DNA from: an uncultured Candidatus Rokubacteria bacterium
GTDB taxonomy: Bacteria; Methylomirabilota; Methylomirabilia; Rokubacteriales; DASRDR01
Assembly (NCBI GenBank): GCA_963805625.1
Contig: CAWDVE010000010.1
Span: forward strand, 1,664,001-1,728,000
DNA: 64,000 nucleotides
Direction: 5' to 3'
The first letter of the stretch is position 1; each line of letters begins with the position of its first letter. The notes below the pieces were generated by a model, which searched no databases, was not told the DNA's origin, and saw only the letters and a program-made list of their open reading frames with translations. Positions 39,435-48,209 of the stretch are shown in pieces. A program made the position numbers and the translations under genes.

Positions 39435-40770
39435 TGACGCGCTCCGGGGCCGCGGCCGGGGGGTCGAAGAGCGTGGGCTCGGTGACGGGTGTCTGGAGCG
39501 CCGAGAGCGCGGCCAAGACGATCCGGCGACTCAGGTCCCGATCCGCCTCCTCCGGCAGCTTCGGGTCACCGCAGGGGTGCTGTACTTGAACGCCGCGCAC
39601 GACCCGGTTCGCGTTGGCGGCCAGCGCGATGGCCGGGAGAGCCCCGATCAGGGCCGTGGGGATGCCGACTCGCTCGAGCTCCTTCGCTATCGTTGCGCCG
39701 CAACGATGGCAGCTCCCTCACCCAGACACCTGGAGCGCCGCCGCGACCCCGGCGTCCCGGAACTCCTCGGCGACGCGCCGGCCGATCGCCCGCGCAGGGC
39801 CGACGGCGGTCTGGTTGCCGACCGTGCTGTAGATCCACGGATAGATGCCCCCGATCGCGCCCTCGGCCTCGAGGGCGCGGAGCGTCCCCAGCGGGAGCGC
39901 GTAGTCGGGGCTCCGCGTGTTCAGGATCTTCGTGTTGAAGCCGCCGTGCGCCGACTCCCACCGGGTGACGTCGAGCGAGCCGAGCCCGTCGATCGAGTAG
40001 CGCCCGGCCGCGAGCGCACGGGCGCCAGGCAGATGATCCGGGTTGCCGCGCGGGACGATCCCCGTGCTGACGACGATCCCGATGGTGGCGCGCGCGAGGT
40101 CCGCCACCGGCGGGGCCGGAGTTACGCGGTCGTATTGCTGCACCTGGATCTCCGAGGCGACAGGCCGGCCGGCGACCTGAGCGAGGAGCATGTCCACGGC
40201 GCGCTCGTATCCCACCTTATCCTTCATGACGAGCCGCCGGATCCCGCGCGGGATGTAGCCCTCTTCCGCGGCGGATCCGAGCGCCTCCCCGCGGGCGAGC
40301 CGGAGGCCGAGGCCGACCATCCGGGCAAGGATCGGCTTCATTTCCGACGCGTCGAGACCCGTGGGTACAGCCAGGAGCTCCCGCCGGTGGGTGATGATGG
40401 CCGCGTTGTCCGGATACATACCCGTGACGGCGGGGATGCCGAGCGACTGGGCAACCCGGCAGGTCAGGGCGCAGCCGAGACCGTAGCGGCCGGAATCGAA
40501 CGCAGGACCGGCCAGCACGAGATCCGGGCGGTGGCGTCCTAACGCCTCGCGGATGGCCGCCCCCGCCTCGTCTTCGCGCTCCGCGACGTAGTCGTCGCCG
40601 CAGATGAGCGTGGCCACGACCGTGCCCTGCTCTCCCAGGATCTGCTGGAGTGCGCGCCCCGGCCCGACGGGCCCCTCCCGTACCTCCAGCGGTGCGTGGG
40701 CCTTCTCCTCGCCCCCGATCCCGCCGAAGAACTGGTTCACGTAATGCACGATGCGAGCTGGCTGTCCCAC
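39424..40770 (-). CDS. grdB: Glycine/betaine/sarcosine reductase family selenoprotein B (Sec UGA at 39720-39718)
   Basis: VHYVNQFFGGIGGEEKA, AGPAFDSGRYG, GIVPRGNPD, HGGF, then VSG-U-GSCHRCGATIAKELERVGIP...HPCGDP to TGA 39426-39424. Confidence 0.93.
39689..39707 (-). promoter_or_regulatory. Bacterial SECIS-like hairpin of grdB
   Basis: mRNA AUCGUUGC-GGC-GCAACGAU, perfect 8-bp stem starting 10 nt after the UGA, G-containing loop. Confidence 0.8.
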
Positions 40771-40807
40771 GACCCCCTCCTTCCGAGAATCGCCGTCCGG
40801 CTCGGCC

Positions 40808-41290
40808 CTACCCGGCGCTGTCGGGGCTCGCCTGCGCGTTCCGGACCTCGCGCACGGCGGCGACGATCTCGTCGGGATCCTCCAGCGCCAACTCGGTCAT
40901 GCCGACTTCGGCCTGATAGACCTGCTCGTCGACCTGGGCCTTGACCTCCGGTTCGATGACGTGGAAGACCGGCAGGCCGAGGGCTTCACCCGCAAGCGGC
41001 CCCGCCCACGTGGGATCGCCTTCCGTGACGGTGAGTGCGTACAGCCGGCTGCTGGCCGGCGTCGGGGTGCCCAGAAGGACGACCAGGTTTGTGGTCCCCA
41101 GGCGCTGGACCGTCTGCTTGATCGCCTCTTGGCCCTCCAGGCCAAGCGCCCCCGCGGCCGTTCAGACGAAGCAATGCGTCTGCTCGAGGACGACCTCCGC
41201 TCCCGCACTCCGGGCGCACTTGGCGATCGATGTCCCCGGCACGCCGTCCCGCTCACCCACCACGATGACTCGCTTGCCCCTCAACTCCAC
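40808..41290 (-). CDS. grdA: Glycine/sarcosine/betaine reductase selenoprotein A (Sec at codon 43, 41164-41162), 160 aa
   Basis: MELRGKRVIVVGERDGVPG...THCFV-U-TAAGALGLEGQ...LTVTEGDPTWAGPLAGEALGLPVFHVIEPEVK; absent from the ORF track. Confidence 0.94.
41128..41146 (-). promoter_or_regulatory. Bacterial SECIS-like hairpin of grdA
   Basis: mRNA CUUGGCCU-GGA-GGGCCAAG starting 15 nt after the UGA. Confidence 0.75.
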
Positions 41291-41337
41291 CCGTTGTCCC
41301 TCCCGACGTCAGGCGCGCGTCACCGAGCGCGCCGAGG

Positions 41338-42795
41338 TCACGCCCCGGGGTTCCGCTCCAGGACGACCGACACCCCATCCGACAGCTGAGTCATGCGTCC
41401 GAGGAACAGGCTGCCCTTGGCGAGAAGCATGACCCGCTGCATCGTACCATCGCGCAGACAGTCGAGGCCACGAGCGAGGTACGGGATCGCGGAGGCGATG
41501 TGTCCCTGCGTGGGCGAGAAGCCGGGGAGCCCGTGGCGGGTCACGAACGCTGGCATGTCCGCCCGCGTGATCTCGCCGGCGGCGACCGCCAGGGCCGCTA
41601 GGAGCTGGTAGTTCCTGCGGGCCACGTCGCCGCTTCCCGCCGGCTCCGTGAGCTCGGGATTCTGGAGCTCGGTCGCGTACTTGTCGACCTCGCGGAGGCC
41701 AAGACCGAGGCGCGCGAGAGGCTGCGCCACCAGCCGCTCGAGGATGGCCTGCTGGGACGACCCGGCCCCGACCGGATGGCGGCCAACTGCGTCGAGGCGC
41801 AGGAGCGGGCTCGCGCTGTCGTCGGGCTCGACGACGGTGGCCACGGCGGCCAGCGTGTCCTCGAGGATGGGCTGCTCATGCTGGAGGTGGCCCTGAAACT
41901 TCATCCCGAGCTTCGCGAGGGAGCCGCCACCGACCACCGCGACGCGCGGGAAGACGCCAGCCGCGACGAGGGCGCCAGCCATGATCAGGGCGTGGACGGG
42001 CCCGCAGCAGAACGCCTTGACATCCGCGCCAGTGGCCTCCACGAGCCCGCAGCTTTCAGCGATGGCCTTCGCCAGATTCCCACCGCCTCGCTGGTAGCGC
42101 TCCCCGACAGCCTCCTCGCCGCAGTTGAGAACGTAAGGGATCGTCTCCGGGTCGTACGCGCCGTCGCGAAGCACCGCCCGGAGCGCCATCACGGCCGTGG
42201 CCTTGCAAGCGAGATTCTCCAGGACGACATCGGCCGTGAGCGTCGCGTCCGCATCATGGCCACGGCTCACACAGCCGACCAGTCGGCCGTCGCCGAGTCG
42301 CAGTGGAAGTGCCACACCAGGACTCGACAGCCGATCTTCGATGACACTCGCGGGATGACCGTCGCCGAGTCGCTCGAGATCTGCCTTCCCGAGGAGCGGG
42401 TGATCCGACAGCGCTCGCCGCACCTCGCGCGTGAACGTCGCGTCCAGCCCGACAAGCTCGAAAGCGTCCACGATCCGGAGGAGTCCGTAAAGCTCTGCCT
42501 CGGGCATCAGTTCGCCGTGTGGCTGCCAGCGCGGCACGGGCTCGCTGGCCAGAAACCAGGGGCGCTGCCTTTCGCGTAGTGTGTCCGGGTCGAGCGATCC
42601 CAAAAACGCCTGGTGCGGCGGGTAGGCCAGGGCGTGCTCGTAGGGCCGCAAGTGAGTCGCTAGCCGTTCGGCCAGGCTGGGCGTGGTCGCCAGCTCCCGG
42701 GCAGGCTTGGACCCATGCTGGACAAGTCCCGGGACGTGGGCCAGGAAATTGCGGGCAATTCGGACCACCGGCATCCGTCCCGCACCCATCGTCAC
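41338..42795 (-). CDS. grdC: Glycine/sarcosine/betaine reductase component C beta subunit
   Basis: AHVPGL..HG, ENLACKAT, CGEEAVGERYQRGGGNLAKAIAE, DVKAFCCGP, PTQGHI, KGSLFLGRMT. Confidence 0.93.
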   Translation of the reverse strand: MTMGAGRMPVVRIARNFLAHVPGLVQHGSKPARELATTPSLAERLATHLRPYEHALAYPPHQAFLGSLDPDTLRERQRPWFLASEPVPRWQPHGELMPEAELYGLLRIVDAFELVGLDATFTREVRRALSDHPLLGKADLERLGDGHPASVIEDRLSSPGVALPLRLGDGRLVGCVSRGHDADATLTADVVLENLACKATAVMALRAVLRDGAYDPETIPYVLNCGEEAVGERYQRGGGNLAKAIAESCGLVEATGADVKAFCCGPVHALIMAGALVAAGVFPRVAVVGGGSLAKLGMKFQGHLQHEQPILEDTLAAVATVVEPDDSASPLLRLDAVGRHPVGAGSSQQAILERLVAQPLARLGLGLREVDKYATELQNPELTEPAGSGDVARRNYQLLAALAVAAGEITRADMPAFVTRHGLPGFSPTQGHIASAIPYLARGLDCLRDGTMQRVMLLAKGSLFLGRMTQLSDGVSVVLERNPGA

Positions 42796-43421
42796 GTGCC
42801 CTCACCCCGGGCGGGAAATCTCTCCCACCCGCCGCGACAGGGTATCACGCGGCTTTGTCAGTCAGCGAAAGCAAGATCACCGGACGCTGGCACAGATCTG
42901 TCGACGTGGAAGGACTTTGCCGGGCCGGATGACCGGATTCTCGCGGCGGAATGAGGACGCCACAGCAAGCCAATGCGCGGCTCGTCCAAGCTCGTCACCC
43001 GCATCGCGACCGCCCGGATCTGAACGCCAGACCGGAGGGCCAATGTCGGAGGATGGAGAGCACCCTGACACCGCCCGCGCCGGCCGCGCACCGTCGAAGT
43101 CGAGTGAGTCAGGGCGGTCTCTGTCTGCCTACCCTCCCGGAGAGGGCGAAACGGGGCCTTACGCCGACAACCCCCGGCCCCGAGAACATGGTACAGTCAC
43201 CGCGCCTTCCATCAGGCTGTGTGGTTGACGCACTCCGGCGTCCAGCCTCCTGGCATCTGGCTTGTCTCCCCAAGGTCGACAACCAGGGAGATCTCCCAAT
43301 GCCAGACCAAAGCATCCTCAGGGGAAAGCCGCCCACGCAGCGATCCAGGCAGGGAAGCTTCCGGCCCGGTCGGCACGATGACCTTGCAAACTGAGACCCT
43401 ATCCAGGAAGGAGCTCACACG

Positions 43422-44414
43422 ATGATCACCAGGCGTGACCTCTTGCGCAGTGTCGCAGGGACGGTAGGCCTGCTCGGATGGCCACCTGGACACGCCTCCG
43501 GGGAGCCGCCGCCGGAAACGACGAGGCTGAGGATCGCGCAGCTGCCGAGCATCTGCATAGCCCCTCAGTACATCGTCGGGGAGCTCCTGAAGGCCGAGGG
43601 GTTCACCGACATCACGTACGTCAAGACGGCCATCGCTGATGTATCGAAGGCTCTGGCATCAGGGAAGGTCGATGTCTCCCTGCACTTCGTCGCGCCGCTG
43701 GTCGTTCAGCTGGACGCCGGCGACCCTATCACGCTCTTGGGCGGTGTGCACGTGGGATGTTTCGAGCTGTTCGGGACAGACCGAGTGCGCGTGATCCGGG
43801 ATCTGAAGGGGAAGACGGTCGCGGTGACCGGGCTCGGGTTGACCCAGCATGTCTATCTGTCCACATTGGTGGCCCACGTGGGGCTGGATCCGCGCAAGGA
43901 CATCAACTTCGTCGAGCATCCCGCCACCGAGGGCAAGCAGCTGCTCGCGGAGGGAAAAGTGGACGCCTACCTCGGGTTCCCGCCGGACCCGCAGGAGCTC
44001 CGTGCCCGGAAGGTCGGACACGTCGTCGTCAACAGCGCGGTCGACCGGCCGTGGTCGCAGTACTTTTGCTGCATCGCCACGGGTCATCGGGAGTTCGTCC
44101 GCAAACATCCGATCGCGACAAAGCGGGCGCTGCGGGCGATCTTGAAGGCGGCCGACATCTGCGCTCTCGAGCCAGAACGGGCCGCTCGGGCCCTCGTCGA
44201 CGGCGGCTTCACGCCACGCTACGACTATGCGCTCCAGACCATGAAGGATGTTCCGTACAACAAGTGGCGCGTCTACGATCCGGAGGATTCCGTCCGCTTC
44301 TATGCCCTCCGACTCCGTGAGGCGGGCATGATCAAGTCGACGCCGCAGCGCCTCATCGCGCAGGGCACCGATTGGCGCTTCCTCAAGGAGCTGAAGAAGG
44401 AGTTGAAGGGATGA
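43422..44414 (+). CDS. Solo Tat-exported NMT1/THI5-like substrate-binding protein
   Basis: MITRRDLL twin-arginine signal, EPPPETTRLR, DLKGKTVAV, GKVDAY; no adjacent permease. Confidence 0.88.
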   Translation: MITRRDLLRSVAGTVGLLGWPPGHASGEPPPETTRLRIAQLPSICIAPQYIVGELLKAEGFTDITYVKTAIADVSKALASGKVDVSLHFVAPLVVQLDAGDPITLLGGVHVGCFELFGTDRVRVIRDLKGKTVAVTGLGLTQHVYLSTLVAHVGLDPRKDINFVEHPATEGKQLLAEGKVDAYLGFPPDPQELRARKVGHVVVNSAVDRPWSQYFCCIATGHREFVRKHPIATKRALRAILKAADICALEPERAARALVDGGFTPRYDYALQTMKDVPYNKWRVYDPEDSVRFYALRLREAGMIKSTPQRLIAQGTDWRFLKELKKELKG

Positions 44415-44703
44415 TCGGACGGCGCGCGTGCATGCATCCGCACCGCCCGTGGGCATCGCGGTTGCTCAGCGTGTCCCGGGTCGAAGCCGAGCCGTCGCCG
44501 ACGCTCCGAATACGTCATAGCGCCGACTAGGAAAGATCGCCCATCGGACCGTCGAGGCGCGGGCGCTGAAGGTTCCCCCCGCCCGCCTAGGACACTCGGG
44601 CCGACGGGCAATGGCCCGCCCCATGCCCCGGGCGCCATCCCCCCCGCAGCGGGCCATCCGACACCTCGGCCGCTCGTGAACTTGAGCTCGGCTCACGGGC
44701 ACC

Positions 44704-46230
44704 TTAGTGTTCGCGGACTGCACCATTCGGCAGTGTGAAGGCGAACGTCGAGCCCTTTCCCATCTCGCTCGTGACCCAGATGCGCCCGCCGTGGAGCTCG
44801 ATGAACTTCCGGGTCAGCGTGAGCCCGAGGCCTGTCCCCTCTCGGTTCTGTGGCCCGCTGCCCACCTGACGGAACTCCTCGAAGATCGTCGCCTGGTCCG
44901 CGGGGGCGATCCCGGCGCCGGTGTCGCTGACCGTGATCTCGACCATCCCGGGACTATGGGAGGGCCCATCGGCCGGAGTCGCCATCACCGTGACGCGCCC
45001 GCCGTCCGGAGTGAACTTGACCGCGTTCGAGAGGAGGTTCAGCAGAATCTGTTTGAACTTTCGCTCATCGCCGACGAGTTCGCCGAGACTCGGTTCCACG
45101 ACAAGGTCGAGCGAGATGCCGTGTCGCCCCGCGCGCTCCCTCATGAGGGTCACCGCGTTCTCCAGGGCGGATGGCAGGTCGAAACGCACCAGCTCGAGCT
45201 CCATCCGTCCGGCTTCGACCTTGGAGAGGTCCAAGATGTCGTTGATCAGCGAGAGTAGATGGCGGCCGGACGTGAGGATGTCCTGGATGTACTCCGCCTG
45301 TTTGTCGTTTAGCTCCCCGAACATCCGCTCTTGAAGAACTTCCGAGAAGCCGATGATCGCGTTGAGCGGGGTTCGAAGCTCGTGTGACATGTTGGCCAGG
45401 AACTCGGACTTGTGCTGGTTGGCCGTCTCGATCTGCCGATAGAGGCGGCCGAGCTCGTCGCTCATCCGGTTGAGATTCGCCGCCAGGGCCCCCAGCTCGT
45501 CTCGATTTGAGACTTCCACCCGTTTGGCGAAGTCTCCCTCCGCGATCTCCCGGAGCCTGACGTCCATCTGCTTCACCGGGCCGATCAGGGACCACGAGAT
45601 CGCATAGCCGAGAACCAGGGCAAGAAGGACGCTCCCCACCGCGAAGCCCACGACCACCCGCTGCGACGTGATGTAGGCGTCGTGGCTCGCCTCGATGCCC
45701 GCCACCATGTCGGCCTCCGCCTTGTTCACAAGCTCGTTAGTCACGCGCTCGAGACTTTCGGCCAGTGCGCCCGCCCGGCTGAGCTGCAGCTCACGGCCCT
45801 CGGCCGCCCGCCCTCTCCGGATCAGCTCGATCACCTGGGTGACGACCTTGATGAACTCCTCGTAGTCCTGGCGCACACGCCCCAACAGCTCGACTTCGTC
45901 CTGCGCGACGAAGGCGAGCCGGTCGAGGTCGTAGCCAAACTGGTTCAGCTGGCGGAGCGTGGCCTCGAGCGTCCGTTCATCGGGGACCAGGAGCGCGGAG
46001 GACACGCTGTAGAGCTGGCTGATGGTGTCGTGCTGGAGCTGTCGGTAGGCGGCGATCTTCCGCTGGAGCTTGACCATGTTCTCCGCCCGCCGGTTCACTC
46101 CGCTCAGCACCTCGAGACCTGCCGCCCCCACCACGATCAGCAGTCCGACGATCGCCAGGAAGGCGAGGACGAGCTTCCCGTGGACGGTGAGCGGGAGCCG
46201 CGCGACCAGCCGGGGAAGCCAACGGATCAC
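44704..46230 (-). CDS. HAMP-domain sensor histidine kinase
   Basis: Two TM helices with a helical periplasmic domain, HAMP (NRDELG), FLANMSHELRTPLN, NLLSNAVKFT, GTGLGL; GTG start overlaps the SCO stop. Confidence 0.93.
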   Translation of the reverse strand: MIRWLPRLVARLPLTVHGKLVLAFLAIVGLLIVVGAAGLEVLSGVNRRAENMVKLQRKIAAYRQLQHDTISQLYSVSSALLVPDERTLEATLRQLNQFGYDLDRLAFVAQDEVELLGRVRQDYEEFIKVVTQVIELIRRGRAAEGRELQLSRAGALAESLERVTNELVNKAEADMVAGIEASHDAYITSQRVVVGFAVGSVLLALVLGYAISWSLIGPVKQMDVRLREIAEGDFAKRVEVSNRDELGALAANLNRMSDELGRLYRQIETANQHKSEFLANMSHELRTPLNAIIGFSEVLQERMFGELNDKQAEYIQDILTSGRHLLSLINDILDLSKVEAGRMELELVRFDLPSALENAVTLMRERAGRHGISLDLVVEPSLGELVGDERKFKQILLNLLSNAVKFTPDGGRVTVMATPADGPSHSPGMVEITVSDTGAGIAPADQATIFEEFRQVGSGPQNREGTGLGLTLTRKFIELHGGRIWVTSEMGKGSTFAFTLPNGAVREH

Positions 46231-46967
46231 GGCGCCTTGGTCTCCCGCAGGAGGCTCCGGATGTCTCGAAGGAACTCGTCGGGATCGAAGCGGATGCCGA
46301 GGTACTGGACGCGCAGGGTCCCCCGCTGGTCGACGATCGAGGTCAGGAAGGTGTGGTCGACGTCGCCCCGCTCGGTCTTCTTGGCGTAGATCCCGTACTG
46401 CCGCCCGACGTCCCGGATCTCGGCGGGCCTGCCCGTCAGGAAGGCCCAGCCCGCCGGATTGGCTCCGTGGTTCCGGGCGTACTGCGCGAGGACTTGGGGG
46501 GTGTCTCGCTCGGGATCCACGGTGATCGACACGAACCGGACCTTCGAGCCGAAGTCGCGACCCAGCCGCTTCTGCATCCCCGCCATCTTGGCCGTCAGGA
46601 GCGGACACGTGTCCGTGCAGGTGGCATAGATGAAGGTGACAGCGACCACCTTCCCGCGCAGGTCGTCGAGCGACAGGCGGCCGCCGTCGGTATTGGTCAG
46701 CGTGAACTCGGGCGCCGGCCCGATCTCCGAGAGCCGCCCGTTCTCCTTCGCCTTGTGCGCCGTGGCTAGCGTTGACACGGTGACCACGGTCAGGGCGATC
46801 AGGACGACGACCGCCGCACGGCGGCAAAGATCTTCGCGTACGAGCCGGATCCGCGCACTCTTGAGCGACGGCTCGACGTTCACCCGTCCCGGGCGAAGCC
46901 CTAGGAGCCCGCCGTTGCCGAGCGTCGAAAGCCGGGCGAACAGCACGCGCCGGCTCACGCGGCTCAT
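46227..46967 (-). CDS. SCO1/SenC family copper-binding protein (N-terminus uncertain)
   Basis: FIYATCTDTCP (CxxxC), ITVDPERDTP, VDHT His. Confidence 0.9.
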   Translation of the reverse strand: MSRVSRRVLFARLSTLGNGGLLGLRPGRVNVEPSLKSARIRLVREDLCRRAAVVVLIALTVVTVSTLATAHKAKENGRLSEIGPAPEFTLTNTDGGRLSLDDLRGKVVAVTFIYATCTDTCPLLTAKMAGMQKRLGRDFGSKVRFVSITVDPERDTPQVLAQYARNHGANPAGWAFLTGRPAEIRDVGRQYGIYAKKTERGDVDHTFLTSIVDQRGTLRVQYLGIRFDPDEFLRDIRSLLRETKAP

Positions 46968-47241
46968 TCTTCAGGCCCCGCTCGGGCCCCTGGAGGTCAT
47001 GGAGTGCTTGAGTGCTGCCATGCACATTTCCTGAGGACCTCCCCCCGACCGGCGCCGATTGCCCGGAGTGTAGCGTGCTCAGAGCCGGGCGAGCAACAGG
47101 CCAATCGCGGGAGGGACGGTTGAACCACCGTCCTTGGCATCGGGCCGGCGCGAGCAACGTTGGCCGACGAGGTTCGACTGACTGCCAGTCGGAGAGGCTG
47201 GCACTCGCATCGTGGGCTACGGCGTGGGCCCCGACGCTGAT

Positions 47242-47285
47242 TGGAGCGGGCGACCGGAATCGACCGGCGACGTCCAGCTTGGGAA
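47242..47285 (-). pseudogene. 3' half of tRNA-Gly(CCC), att-like remnant
   Basis: Minus strand TTCCCAA GCTGG ACGTC GCCGGTCGATTCCGGT CGCCCGC TCCA: anticodon loop, 3' stem strand, T-arm missing one T, acceptor strand, CCA; 5' half absent. Confidence 0.8.
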
Positions 47286-47288
47286 TTT

Positions 47289-47816
47289 CCTGTCCTTCGC
47301 CAAAACTCCGTCCGTCGGCCAAGCGGTTGATATGTCGGTTCTGATCCGGAGAGAATCCCAGCTCGAATGATCACACTCCTGCTCCACCTGCTTCGACTCC
47401 TCCCGTTCGTCTGCGGCGGCCACCGCCAGCTCGCCCTGGAGAACCTCGCCTTGGGCCAGCAACTCGCCGTATACAAGAGAACGGCGACCCGGTCCAAGCT
47501 TCGCCGGACTGATCGCCTCTTCTGGGTCTGGCTGGCCAGGGTCTGGGCCGGGTGGAGGCAGCCCCTCCTAATCGTGACCCCCGCCACCGTCCTGCGGTGG
47601 CAGCGGCGCCACTTCCGCGAGCACTGGACTACCCTCTCCGGCCGGCCTCAGGTGGGCCGTCCGCCGGCCAACGCGGAGATCGCCGCCCTCGTCAGACGAA
47701 TGGCCGAGACGAATCCCTTGTGGGGCGCGCCCCGAATCGACGGCGAACTCATGAAGCGCGGCGTCGAGGTGGCAGAGCGAACCGTCTCCCGGCTGCCCCC
47801 GAAGCGGCGCTCTGAA
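47289..47816 (+). mobile_element. Truncated IS remnant (integrase-core transposase N-terminus, CDS from 47367)
   Basis: MITLLLHLLR...LALENLALGQQL...DRLFWVWL...TVLRWQRR...GRPP...NPLWGAPRIDGEL; DDE core missing. Confidence 0.85.
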
Positions 47817-48209
47817 CAAGCCGCACATCGCAAGCCTCATCCTGCCCGCTAAGCTGTGGGAGCGCGTCGCCGCCCCTGGCCACGCCTACCGCCACGACAC
47901 CATGTCGTGAGAACGTCATCGTGGCGACAGTAACCTGTCGGATCCGGGCGATCCCGGGCTTCATCGCCACGCGTGCGGCAAACGCCGACTGATGTGTCGA
48001 CGCGCGGGGTTGAGAATGGGTCCTCCCGCTGGCGCCGTCGCGGCGGGGGCCGCGCTCTGGTGGGAGAGATCCACCGTAGCGGAAGGCGGATTCTATGGCA
48101 GGTCCGGTTCGTGCACAGTCCGCCGACCACCGTCTGCCCGGCGCGCGGGGCGCGCGCGCGTAGGAGTGCAATCGCCCGAGCGTCCGAGGGGACGCAGGAG
48201 CCCAGCGCC

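Noticed and set aside
42796-42900. Glycine riboswitch upstream of grdC (GGAGAG within a GGCGGG/CCCGCC hairpin)
   Set aside because: The CCGAAG and CUCUCAGG core elements are absent and the leader is too short
43371-43389. Sigma-54 promoter CGGCACGATGACCTTGCA before the Tat binding protein
   Set aside because: GG-to-GC spacing is 2 nt too long for RpoN
47242-47285. Intact tRNA-Gly gene
   Set aside because: The 5' acceptor strand and D-arm are missing and the T-loop lacks one T; kept only as a fragment
44704-47322. 872-aa ORF as one giant kinase
   Set aside because: The part upstream of 46230 is an off-frame read through the SCO gene; the kinase starts at the GTGA overlap
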